Assembly (NCBI GenBank): GCA_947624195.1
Contig: CANQJH010000003.1
Span: forward strand, 7,369 to 71,368
Origin: an uncultured Clostridia bacterium
GTDB lineage: Bacteria > Bacillota > Clostridia > TANB77 > CAG-508
Direction of reading: 5' to 3'
Length of the DNA stretch: 64,000 nt
Below the pieces are notes generated by a model. The model was not told where the DNA came from. It was given only the letters and a program-made list of their open reading frames with translations, and ran no database searches. A program made the position numbers and the translations under genes. Positions 43,165 to 52,714 of this stretch are shown in pieces (the stretch's first letter is position 1; the number at the start of each line of letters is the position of its first letter).

Positions 43165-44493
43165 TTATTTTTTATGTTTTTTAATGTGTGTAGTTACTGC
43201 TATTATAATTAAGCCTATAGCTAGTATAGATAAAATTGCCCCTGCAAGTATTTGGTTAGAACTAACCCCATTTGATGAGATTTCAACAATAGGTTTAGCT
43301 TTTCTATTTACTTTAATCGTGTATGTCGTTTTTTTAGTTTCAGTTTCATTATTTTCTGTTAGAGTTATTGTAACTATATTTTCTCCTTCTTTTAAATTTT
43401 TGTCTCCTTCTACATCTATTATGATTCCTTCTCTATCCACTGTAGCAGAAATGCTTAAATCAGTTACATTGTCTTCAACTGTTGTTTCATAGTCTAAAAC
43501 TTCTTTGTCAAATCCTATATCTAAATCTTCAAACATATTATCTTCATTTATTGTTTGAATTTCTAGAGTTTGTAATCTAGCTTCTGAATCAGTTACTTCT
43601 TCATTTTTATTTACTATTATTGTATATGTTCTAGTTTGCTGATTTTCTGCGACAACATCTATCTTAATTCTATTTTCTCCACCAGCCAAAGCGATAGTTC
43701 CTGCACCATTTACAATTGCTTTTTCATCTTCCGCTTCAGCAGTTACCTCAATATCATCTTCAATAATATTGTCAACGGTGTATTCAAATGTTTCTCTATA
43801 AAATTCTGGAGATAGTGTTCCAACATTTACTTGTAAATTTTTTAAATAATTATTGCTTGATAAAGTAACACTTTGATTATTGCTTCCCTGGTTATTATTA
43901 GTTTGAGTATTAGTCCTACTTCCTGTGGTTTTTTGATTATTGTTTGATGTTTGTGTTCTAGTCCCACTTTGTCCTTGATTACTTGGTTGTCCTGCATTTG
44001 AGCCTTGTCCCTGGCTACTCGTCTGTCCTTGAGTCCCAGTTTGCCCTTGATTGTTCGTCTGTCCCGGATTTTGGCTCTGTTCTCCTCCATTACTTGGCTC
44101 CGGTTGCGTCACAGGCGGTGTAGTTTGCTTTTGATTTATATTTATAGTTCTTGGAGCAAGTGATACTATCTCATAATCATTATCTGTAAGCTCAACAGGT
44201 GTTGCAGTAACTGATGCTGGAAAGCCAGTTACCTTTGCTGTGATTGTTACAGTGTTTCTTTCCACCCAAGTTTGGCTTGCACTTAAACTTACATTGCTTC
44301 CGCTTAATTTAACATTTCCAGTAAGACCATTAGCACTGATAGTATATGTTAAAGTATCTCCTGTACTTGCTTGTGTTGGTCCCGTAAAGCTAAAACTATA
44401 AGTTGCTGCAAAATTTTCAGTTATGTTTATAATATTAGTAATTAACACCAATGCAAAACATATTGTTATAATTTTACTAAATAATTTTTTCAT
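43165..44493 (-). CDS. Paralog of 38991-40805: beta-sandwich + two cadherin-like domains, C-terminal TM
   Basis: SSNNYLKNLQVNVGTLSPEF, Q/N/S/T linker, terminal TM + KKHKK. Confidence 0.75.
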   Translation of the reverse strand: MKKLFSKIITICFALVLITNIINITENFAATYSFSFTGPTQASTGDTLTYTISANGLTGNVKLSGSNVSLSASQTWVERNTVTITAKVTGFPASVTATPVELTDNDYEIVSLAPRTININQKQTTPPVTQPEPSNGGEQSQNPGQTNNQGQTGTQGQTSSQGQGSNAGQPSNQGQSGTRTQTSNNNQKTTGSRTNTQTNNNQGSNNQSVTLSSNNYLKNLQVNVGTLSPEFYRETFEYTVDNIIEDDIEVTAEAEDEKAIVNGAGTIALAGGENRIKIDVVAENQQTRTYTIIVNKNEEVTDSEARLQTLEIQTINEDNMFEDLDIGFDKEVLDYETTVEDNVTDLSISATVDREGIIIDVEGDKNLKEGENIVTITLTENNETETKKTTYTIKVNRKAKPIVEISSNGVSSNQILAGAILSILAIGLIIIAVTTHIKKHKK

Positions 44494-46664
44494 TATATTT
44501 CCACTCCATACATAATGTGATCTTTTATTTTTAAATAATCATTTGCCTTAACAGACTTATCATTTGTAACATCCGCAGCCTGCAAATACTCATCTTTAAG
44601 ATTTAAGTTTGTTCCTATAATATAATCTTTTATTATTAGATAATCATTTGCTTTAACATATCCGTCTCCATTAACGTCTCCTCTTTTTACAATTATATAT
44701 TCCTTATCATTAATTGTTATAATATATCCAGTTCCTGCCTCTTCAGTTTGCACTCCATTTTTTGTAACTATTCCTTCCAAATCTGCTGCTTGTTTATCTG
44801 GACCTATTACTAAATACCTTCTTTCGTCTTGTTTCGTGTCATCTTCAATTAATTCATTGTTACTTCCTTCAGTAGTATTTCCACTTTGTTCATTTTCGTT
44901 AGTAGTCGTGTTTTGATTGTCTACCATCTCATTTTCCATTTCATTATTTGACTGTTCTCCAGTTGTACCATTAATATTAGTGTTGTTGCTATCTCCTAAT
45001 TTTTCATCATTTTCATCATTTCCGGTTACATTATTATTTTCGGTAGTGTTATCATCTTCTATAATATTGCTATTTTCAGTCATATTATTTGTACCAGTCA
45101 CATCGCTTTCTGTTTCATTTACTTCCACTTGATTTCTAGCTTCTTCATCAATAACGACATTTTCTAAAGTATTGTTATCCTTTGGCTCTTCTTTGGGCAC
45201 ATCTTCCAATACATCCCTTATTACAAAACCTTGTCTGCCATCTTTAATTATTACTCTATCCCAAACTTTTCCTCCAAAAGTATATCTCGCAGTATTGTCA
45301 ATTCTAGTTACTTCATCACCTTTATTTAAAGTAGTTACTTCCACGTGTTCTAATCCTGGTCCTGCTCTTAAAATTGTTCCATTAGTATTAATTATCTTTG
45401 TTTCATAACAATTTGTAACATCAGGAATTTCCTCTAAATAATCTGTATTAAATTTTAAATAACCCACAGTTCCATTTTCTAAAACAATTTTATGCCATCC
45501 ATCAGAATATCTTTCAACTGATAAAATTACCACACTGCTATCTGGAATTCTATCTAAAATTGAGCTTGTTGTACTTCTTCCTGCCCTTACCATAATTCCA
45601 TAGTGTCCTTCTTTTACTCTAATATTTTTAGGGAATACTTCTCCTGCCGTATCAGGTGAAGGGCTTGCATTTGCAGGCATATTTTCAAAAACAGGAATTA
45701 CAAATGTTAAATTTCTATTTAATAAATTTGCATTTTTCATTTTATTATACATCGAAATTGCCTCATTTTTTGGAGCTTCTATATTTTGCATGTACTGATG
45801 ATAATAAAGTCCCATATAAGATTCAACGTCAAACTTATTTAAATATAAAGTATTCTGTTTATATGATATATATGAAGAAAGTAAAAACGTAATTCCACCA
45901 TTTAGACAGCTTTCAACACTGGTCCACCCATCTTGTTTTGCTCTTGCTAAGGCATTTGCATATACTTCATCCTCTGTATTTCCAGTAGCACCAATGTTAA
46001 ATAAATTGTAATAAATCCTACCATCACTATCTTGCATTTTGTATGTTCTCCCTCCAGATGTTCCCTGTTCTTGCAAAATTCTTGCTATAATAAAATATGG
46101 ACTTGCATTATTGCTTCTGCAAACTCTATTTATTATACTAGCTACGTCCCATGAATACAGAAAAGTACCATTTAAAGCTTCATAAATATCTTGGTCCAAT
46201 GTTTCCATATAATCAGTTTGCAAAAACTGAAATAAATATGGACTATCTACAAGCCAGTTCCTTGGATCAATATAGTATTTAATCGCAGATTCTGATGCAC
46301 ATACCCATTCTCCTGTATCATAAACTCTTGATCCACATATAGAACAAACCCAACCACCTGACTTTCCCTGTATTAAATTTCTTGGCGTATCCAAATGTCC
46401 TGTGTACTCATTAGCTATTACATCATTCCAGTCAAGCCCTGTTTCCATAATCACAAAATTCCAATTAGGATGTGCTGATTTTAATATATCAATTCTATCT
46501 CTGTAACCAGGATAACTCATGTTATTTGAGTTGTAAGTATATCTATAAGAATCGGCGTATACAGTAGTATTTGAATTAAATAACATCGTTGATTGTAATA
46601 GTATGATTATTTCAAATATTAAAATTACTTTACTTATTATCTTATAAAATTTAGATTTTCTCAT
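44493..46664 (-). CDS. Paralog of 40819-42966: glucosaminidase-like autolysin, 2 SH3b, acidic linker, dockerin
   Basis: YYIDPRNW, ARILQEQG, YYNLFNIGA, HQYMQNIEAP; GDVNGDGYVKAND / DVTNDKSVKAND. Confidence 0.82.
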   Translation of the reverse strand: MRKSKFYKIISKVILIFEIIILLQSTMLFNSNTTVYADSYRYTYNSNNMSYPGYRDRIDILKSAHPNWNFVIMETGLDWNDVIANEYTGHLDTPRNLIQGKSGGWVCSICGSRVYDTGEWVCASESAIKYYIDPRNWLVDSPYLFQFLQTDYMETLDQDIYEALNGTFLYSWDVASIINRVCRSNNASPYFIIARILQEQGTSGGRTYKMQDSDGRIYYNLFNIGATGNTEDEVYANALARAKQDGWTSVESCLNGGITFLLSSYISYKQNTLYLNKFDVESYMGLYYHQYMQNIEAPKNEAISMYNKMKNANLLNRNLTFVIPVFENMPANASPSPDTAGEVFPKNIRVKEGHYGIMVRAGRSTTSSILDRIPDSSVVILSVERYSDGWHKIVLENGTVGYLKFNTDYLEEIPDVTNCYETKIINTNGTILRAGPGLEHVEVTTLNKGDEVTRIDNTARYTFGGKVWDRVIIKDGRQGFVIRDVLEDVPKEEPKDNNTLENVVIDEEARNQVEVNETESDVTGTNNMTENSNIIEDDNTTENNNVTGNDENDEKLGDSNNTNINGTTGEQSNNEMENEMVDNQNTTTNENEQSGNTTEGSNNELIEDDTKQDERRYLVIGPDKQAADLEGIVTKNGVQTEEAGTGYIITINDKEYIIVKRGDVNGDGYVKANDYLIIKDYIIGTNLNLKDEYLQAADVTNDKSVKANDYLKIKDHIMYGVEI

Positions 46665-46849
46665 ATTTCTAGTTTTTTACTAATTTTGTTTTTTATTCAT
46701 AATTTATCCAAAAAAATTATAATTCATAATATATAATTATTCGGTACATAACAGCACTTACATAAATTAGCTGTTAATTTTTACAAAAAAATAAAGTCTA
46801 GAAAGATTATTCTTTCATAGACTTTCATTTCTCGTTAGCATACATTTGA

Positions 46850-47092
46850 TTACATTTTTTTAAGTTCTGATAAACATTTTTCGCAAATTATTTTGCCTTT
46901 ATATTCTACTACGTTTTTAGAACTTCCACAAAATGTGCAATCTGGTTCGTACTTCTTTACAGAAATAGTAGTTCCTTCACAATGAATTTCTAATGGGTCA
47001 TTTTCAGAAATATTTAATTTATTTCTAATCTCCATTGGAATAACTATTCTTCCTAAACCATCAATTTTTCTTAATACACCCGTAGCCTTCAT
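46850..47092 (-). CDS. abrB: AbrB family transition-state regulator
   Basis: MKATGVLRKIDGLGRIVIP.EIR, CTFC...ICEKC. Confidence 0.92.
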   Translation of the reverse strand: MKATGVLRKIDGLGRIVIPMEIRNKLNISENDPLEIHCEGTTISVKKYEPDCTFCGSSKNVVEYKGKIICEKCLSELKKM

Positions 47093-47216
47093 ACAATATT
47101 ACCTCCTCATCTTCTTGTATATAGTCCATAGCTATTATAACATATATTCAATACCAAATCAAGGAAAATTGAAAAAAATGTAAAAAAATTTATTTTTTTG
47201 GAAAATTTAGTCATAT

Positions 47217-47936
47217 TTATTTAGAATTCAAACTGTTCAAAACTCTCTTGGCTGTCTTGTTTTTATCATATTTATCAGTAATAAATACTAATATTCCTAT
47301 AAGTAAAAAAGTAACTAAATAAATTATTAAACTAATATGCCAATTTCCTTCCAAGAAGTTTGCCCCTACAAAAGTTGAAGATATTACAGAAGGAATTCTT
47401 GCAACATTTGATATTAATATAAATCTTAATGGCTTAATTGGTAACAGTGCCGCAATGTATACCAATAAATCCTTTGGGGTTCCTGGTATCAAAAACAAGA
47501 TTAACATAATCAATTCAATGTTCTTTGGATTTCTTAGAAATTTGTTATGTTCAAGCTTTTCAATTTTTTCTTTACTATAAAAGTTATAAATAAAGTTATT
47601 TCCGAATTTTCTAACTAGAAGAATTATCATTGTTGAAATGATAATTGCCGATATTTCTATAAATAAAAATCCGCCAAATCCACCATAGCATACTCCTGCT
47701 AGAACTTCTATTGGCTCTCCAGGAATTATAATTAAAAAGATTTGTGCGAGTTGTAAACCAAATAAAGCTGCCATCCCCAAAAAACCCAAATTACTAATTT
47801 TTTCTTTAAATTGTAATTGTCCTTCTATTGTAGAAAGATTTTTTACAACTGGAAAAATATATACAATCGCAGATATTACTATCACTATTAGTACAATTGT
47901 TAGTATAATTTTTAGTATTAAACCTTTATTTTTCAT
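47217..47936 (-). CDS. TVP38/TMEM64 (DedA/VTT) membrane protein
   Basis: IIPGEPIEVLAG..YG, LFLIPGTPKDLLVY, ARIPS. Confidence 0.88.
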   Translation of the reverse strand: MKNKGLILKIILTIVLIVIVISAIVYIFPVVKNLSTIEGQLQFKEKISNLGFLGMAALFGLQLAQIFLIIIPGEPIEVLAGVCYGGFGGFLFIEISAIIISTMIILLVRKFGNNFIYNFYSKEKIEKLEHNKFLRNPKNIELIMLILFLIPGTPKDLLVYIAALLPIKPLRFILISNVARIPSVISSTFVGANFLEGNWHISLIIYLVTFLLIGILVFITDKYDKNKTAKRVLNSLNSK

Positions 47937-48077
47937 TTTGTTCCTCTTTTATTTCAAAATTCTATTTACATAATATTCGTTTATTGTTTTAATTTGTTCT
48001 TTTTTATTTTATGGGTTAAAGTTTTATTTTAACCTATTCTATTTTTCTACTTTACAAGGCATATGAATTATTATAAT

Positions 48078-48620
48078 TTATGCTATTTTGTGAATCTCTT
48101 TTGGATTATAATCCCTTAAGTATCCCGTATAAACTTCTGTTATCCCATCTATATTTTTAAAATCCTCAGGCTTTATAATATAAGGTAAATTCTGATCAAT
48201 ATTGGACAATTCAAAAAGATATTTCACAAACTCTGCGCAATAATAATAATTCTCTCTTGTTACTTTTTTATTTATACTAACTGCAAATAAACCCAGTAAG
48301 TTAAACTTGTATGTATCTCTGTTAGGATACATTTCATCAATTTTGTTTTTAATTATTTCAAAAGATTCATCCGGAATTTCCAAATAATAAATCGCACACT
48401 TAGTATTTTTAAATCTCTTAAACGTACCTTTATCCGTATATTCATGTACAAATCTTCCAACGAAAGGATTATATGCATTTCTCCTTCCAAAACTATACAT
48501 TTCTTCCAAATTTTCATCTAAGGAAATTGATATATGTGAGAATTCTTTTTTGGTCCAAGTTTTTACGATTCTTGATAAAACAGTTCCTGTATATGTTAGC
48601 ACTAAATATATTTTTTTCAT
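48078..48620 (-). CDS. Hypothetical, permuted NlpC/P60-like
   Basis: His motif FSHISIS precedes Cys motif YYCAEFV...P.DF. Confidence 0.55.
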   Translation of the reverse strand: MKKIYLVLTYTGTVLSRIVKTWTKKEFSHISISLDENLEEMYSFGRRNAYNPFVGRFVHEYTDKGTFKRFKNTKCAIYYLEIPDESFEIIKNKIDEMYPNRDTYKFNLLGLFAVSINKKVTRENYYYCAEFVKYLFELSNIDQNLPYIIKPEDFKNIDGITEVYTGYLRDYNPKEIHKIA

Positions 48621-49745
48621 TTCTTCCTCTTCTTTTTATATTTCTCCTTCATATTTTCAAACTTAACATTTTGAGTTTCTTTCATAATATTAAAGTAAGA
48701 TGTTGACATAAGTTTAATCATACTCATTACAATTTTTTTATCTTCTGGCGACACCTCACCATATTTTTTAATTATTTTCGGAATATTAGTAGATAAGCTT
48801 TTAGAAATTTCGCCGAATGTATTAGCATTAGTAGAGTAAAATAGTTCAAATACCACATCAAAAAAGACTTTTCTCTGCTGTACCGTAGTAGTATCTATCC
48901 AATCAGCAAAAGTTTTATTAAATTGCTCACTTGTCACTGTGCTCTTCTCTAATCTAACCAAGTCATCCTTTAACACTTGCCACGAGAAAATATCATGCTG
49001 TAATATACCTTTCTCTAGGCTATATGATATTGTTATTTTCTCTTTATGATTTAAAATTCTTCCAATAATTGAATCTTGTGGTATGTATGTTTCTATTTTT
49101 TTTATAATCTCATCATTTTCATATTGATTAATCATATTTTTGCTAAAGCCTGGGCCATCATAATTGTAGACCTTAATGATTCTATTCTTTATTTTCTTAG
49201 AAGCTGTAACTGCCGAATAAATTGCAACATTTCCGCCCTTTGAGTGTCCTCCAATACGGATTTTTTTATTAGGATACTTTTCAGCAATTTGCCCGTAAAT
49301 ATTCTTTTCCTGCAAGTTGACATGGCACATCATCCATAAAAGACATATTAAAATCTTCTTTCCATCCATATAAAGTGCTATCTGTGCCAATAAAAGAAAT
49401 GTACATTTCCTTATCAGATATATGCACTGTAATAGCTGCGAATTGCTTTTCGTGGTCTTTACTATTTACTCTTACATAATCAGTGACTGTCATATTTTTA
49501 AAACGTTCAGCTTGTCCTAAATAAGTAATTAGCTCTTTATCACCATTATAAAGAAATTCATCATTGTCAAAATCTCTCATCTTTTCTGACGCAGATTCAA
49601 TAGTTTCAATTGGCTTCAAATCAATTTTATTAAACAATAAATATGAAAGTCTAGCTAACACCATGCTATCAACTTCATTGAATTTAAATCTTTTATCAAT
49701 GGGAATATCGCCTCTCCATAATATATAATCGTTTATATTAGACAT
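48617..49745 (-). CDS. DUF2974 (Mbeg1-like) alpha/beta hydrolase split by a +1 frameshift at CGG (49293-49295); about 375 aa if joined
   Basis: 5' ORF: DYILWRGD, FNEVD, QFAAIT, GTD..LYGWKEDFNM; 3' ORF: GHSKGGN, DGPGF, PQDSIIG, QHDIFSW. Confidence 0.85.
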
Positions 49746-49873
49746 CTTTTCTCCTTTACATTGAAACTTTCTCACTATTTTTTTATTTATAATTATACAA
49801 TATTATTGTAAAATTACTATTGGTGAAAGTCAAGGTTTTATTTGCTATTTATACTTATAATAAATAATTTTTA

Positions 49874-50251
49874 TTATTTATTATAAGTGTATCCCATTTT
49901 ACTGTGTATTTCCTTATGACAATTTGAACAAACCAATACACATTTCAATGCTTCTTCTTTATATTCTTTCCATGACATAGTATTTCCAGACCCTAATTTA
50001 AATTCTTTTATGCTTGGATTCTCATGATGAAACTCTAGTGCATCTATGCATCTGTTATATCCACATATACTACATTTACCACCTAATAATTTGATTGCTT
50101 GTAATTTCATACTTCTTCTTAATACTGTTTTTTGATGTTTTCTTGTTGCATTATCTTTCCTCGTTGAATCCCCACTACAATTATAGCAATAAATTCTCGA
50201 AAAAGTATTCGTTTCAAATTCATGATTACAAATTTCACATATTTTTTTCAT
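49874..50251 (-). CDS. Small HNH endonuclease with N-terminal Zn ribbon
   Basis: CEIC...CYNC; GGKCSICGY...ALEFHH...KCVLVCSNCHKEIH. Confidence 0.82.
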   Translation of the reverse strand: MKKICEICNHEFETNTFSRIYCYNCSGDSTRKDNATRKHQKTVLRRSMKLQAIKLLGGKCSICGYNRCIDALEFHHENPSIKEFKLGSGNTMSWKEYKEEALKCVLVCSNCHKEIHSKMGYTYNK

Positions 50252-50357
50252 TTTCTACCCTCGTATTGTTTTATTATTTTTATATTGAGATAAATGATTA
50301 TAATTTAACATAAGTCATTATATAAATCAAGTAATTTTGAAAAATTTTATTTATTTT

Positions 50358-50437
50358 CTTGTCACTTTTTGTGGGTTTGTTTTTAAGTAACTTGCCACTT
50401 TTTGCAAGTATCATTTTAAATACTTTGTCATTTTTAA
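50358..50437. repeat. Three direct repeats at 33-bp spacing
   Basis: CTTGTCACTTTTTG (50358), CTTGCCACTTTTTG (50391), TTTGTCATTTTTAA (50424). Confidence 0.6.
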
Positions 50438-50543
50438 CTATCTTATACATTTATATTTTTTATTTAAAGAACAAATTGATAAATATGTACAATATATTCC
50501 AAATATAAAATAAAAACACTATTGCATTAAAAATAATACAATA

Positions 50544-50664
50544 AAAACTCGAATTGCTTATATATAAAGCATTTCGAGCTTTTATCATTTGGCTCGTTTG
50601 ACACTTCCGTTCGCGAAGAATACGAGCTTATATTTATAATTATATTTCATAGTTTGATTCTATG
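50544..50664 (-). ncRNA. Candidate ~120-nt small RNA
   Basis: Promoter TTGCAA-17-TAAATT (50698-50670), GCTCGT/ACGAGC hairpin, terminator 50544-50583. Confidence 0.35.
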
Positions 50665-50922
50665 GTTATAATTTAACATAATTTTAGTGATTTTGCAAGT
50701 GTTTTTTCTTTATTAAATTATGGCATCTGAATTTACAGCTAAACTGGTCTTCCTACATTATCATTTACATGTCTCAAATAATTCAAATAATATATTCTAG
50801 CACTTCTTTTAGTCCTATCGACAGTTTCTGTTTCATTATTTTTAATATTAACAACTTTTTTATAAAAGTTTGTTCCACATCATTGACGCACATAATTTAT
50901 ATTTATTTAATTTTACATAATA

Positions 50923-50951
50923 TTGACTATTGAGAGATATCATGTTATAAT
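50923..50951 (+). promoter_or_regulatory. SigA promoter of metG
   Basis: TTGACT-17 nt-TATAAT with TG extension. Confidence 0.7.
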
Positions 50952-51060
50952 ATATTATATCCATTTTTGGATTTTTTGAAATGTTCTTTGAAAATTGAAA
51001 AGGAGGTTCAAACTTGTTTCATCTCAATAAATTATAAGCAAATGGAGGTATTATAACATC

Positions 51061-52662
51061 ATGAGTAAAAAGATTTTTATTGGAGGTGCATGGCCTTATG
51101 CAAATAATTCTTTGCACTTAGGTCATATTGCAGCACTTTTACCCGGTGATATTATTGCCAGATACTACCGCAAAACTGGAGCTTCAGTTCTCTATGTTTC
51201 TGGCACAGATTGTCATGGAACTCCCATTACTCTTCGAGCCAAAGAGCAAGGTATTTCTCCTGAAGAAATTGCTTTGTCTTATCATAAAGAGTTTTCGGAG
51301 TGTTTTAAAGCTCTAAATTTCTCGTATGATTCATATACTTTGACTCATAATAGTTTTCATGAAAAATTCGTCCAAGATACAATTTCTAAGCTAAATGCTA
51401 AAGGCGAATTCTATGAAAAAAGTGAGTTGCAGGACTACTGTGAACATTGTCATCAATTTTTGTCTGACAGAGAGATTGAAGGGACTTGTCCTATTTGTGG
51501 AGGTCATGCTAAAGGCGATCAATGTGATAATTGCCTTGCAACTTTTGATGCAGATGAACTTATTGACAAGAAATGTAAATATTGTGGTTCTCCTGTGTCT
51601 AAAAAGACCAATGTACATCTTTTTTGGAAATTGTCCAACTATCAGAATCAAATTGCAGAGTATGTTCAATCCCATGAACATCTTTGGCGTTTGAGTGCAA
51701 TCAATGAATCCCAAAAATATCTTGCCAATGGTGGTTTGGTTGATCGAGCAATAACTCGAGAACTGAATTGGGGAATTGATATTCCAATTAAAGGCTTTGA
51801 ATCGAAAAAAGTATATGTTTGGATTGATGCTGTTTTGGGCTACATTTCTGCGGGAAAGAAATTTTGTATTGAACATGGCTTGAATTGGGAAGACTTTTAT
51901 AAAGATTCTCTCGATTTGGATTCTTACTATGTCCACGGAAAGGATAATATTCCTTTCCACACCATTATCTTCCCCGCGTTACTTCTTGCCTTAAACGAAA
52001 GTTATCAATTGCCTAACCACATTGTTTCAAGTCAATTTCTTAACATTGCCAACGAGAAAATTTCTAAGAGCAAGGGAAATGGAATTGCTGTCAAAGATTT
52101 GTTAAAAGATTATTCATCTGACAGTATCCGCTATTGTCTGACTTATCAGGCTCCTGAACTCAAAGATACCAACTTCACGACAGATATTCTTGAACAGCTC
52201 CATAACAAATGTTTGGCAGGGGAATACGGAAACTTCGTCAATCGTAATCTTGCGTTCATTGTAAAAAAATTCGATGGCATTATTCCTCAAGGTACTATTG
52301 ACCCAGACGTAATTTCTCTCATTGAGGAAACTTATAAAAAGGTTTCTACTCTTATTGAAAAAGCCGAACTTAAAAGTGCCATTCAAGAGATTCAGCAACT
52401 TGTTAGATTTTCTAACAAGTACTACGATGAAAAGCAACCGTGGATTCAAATAAAGCAAGATGCTAAAGCATTTTATAATACCACCGCAACTTGCATCGCT
52501 TTGATCGTAAATATCGCAAACTTGTACGAACCCTTTATCCCTAGTTCATCTAACAAGGTTTACAATTTCTTTGGAATTTCTAATCCTCACTGGGGATATA
52601 TTTCAATTAATCCTGAGACCACTTTGAAGGACGTATCAATTCTCTTTTCAAAGATTGGTTAA
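51061..52662 (+). CDS. metG: Methionine--tRNA ligase, MetRS2 type (two Zn knuckles, no C-terminal dimerisation domain)
   Basis: IFIGGAWPYAN..LHLGH, four CxxC pairs, YVWIDA, HGKDNIPFH, KISKS. Confidence 0.92.
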   Translation: MSKKIFIGGAWPYANNSLHLGHIAALLPGDIIARYYRKTGASVLYVSGTDCHGTPITLRAKEQGISPEEIALSYHKEFSECFKALNFSYDSYTLTHNSFHEKFVQDTISKLNAKGEFYEKSELQDYCEHCHQFLSDREIEGTCPICGGHAKGDQCDNCLATFDADELIDKKCKYCGSPVSKKTNVHLFWKLSNYQNQIAEYVQSHEHLWRLSAINESQKYLANGGLVDRAITRELNWGIDIPIKGFESKKVYVWIDAVLGYISAGKKFCIEHGLNWEDFYKDSLDLDSYYVHGKDNIPFHTIIFPALLLALNESYQLPNHIVSSQFLNIANEKISKSKGNGIAVKDLLKDYSSDSIRYCLTYQAPELKDTNFTTDILEQLHNKCLAGEYGNFVNRNLAFIVKKFDGIIPQGTIDPDVISLIEETYKKVSTLIEKAELKSAIQEIQQLVRFSNKYYDEKQPWIQIKQDAKAFYNTTATCIALIVNIANLYEPFIPSSSNKVYNFFGISNPHWGYISINPETTLKDVSILFSKIG

Positions 52663-52670
52663 GAGAACAG

Positions 52671-52709
52671 GAAAATGGGAGAAAAACACTTGTTTATTCT
52701 CCCATTTTC
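52671..52709. terminator. Bidirectional terminator
   Basis: GAAAATGGGAGAA/TTCTCCCATTTTC between convergent genes. Confidence 0.75.
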
Positions 52710-52714
52710 CACTT

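Noticed and set aside
49874-50251. IscB/HEARO- or TIGR-Tas-type RNA-guided nuclease
   Set aside because: Only 125 aa, no RuvC, PLMP or Nop domain, and no long RNA or true array.
50585-50630. tRNA 3' fragment marking an att site (…GAGCCA)
   Set aside because: No T-loop or proper acceptor geometry; no matching repeat or integrase in the window.
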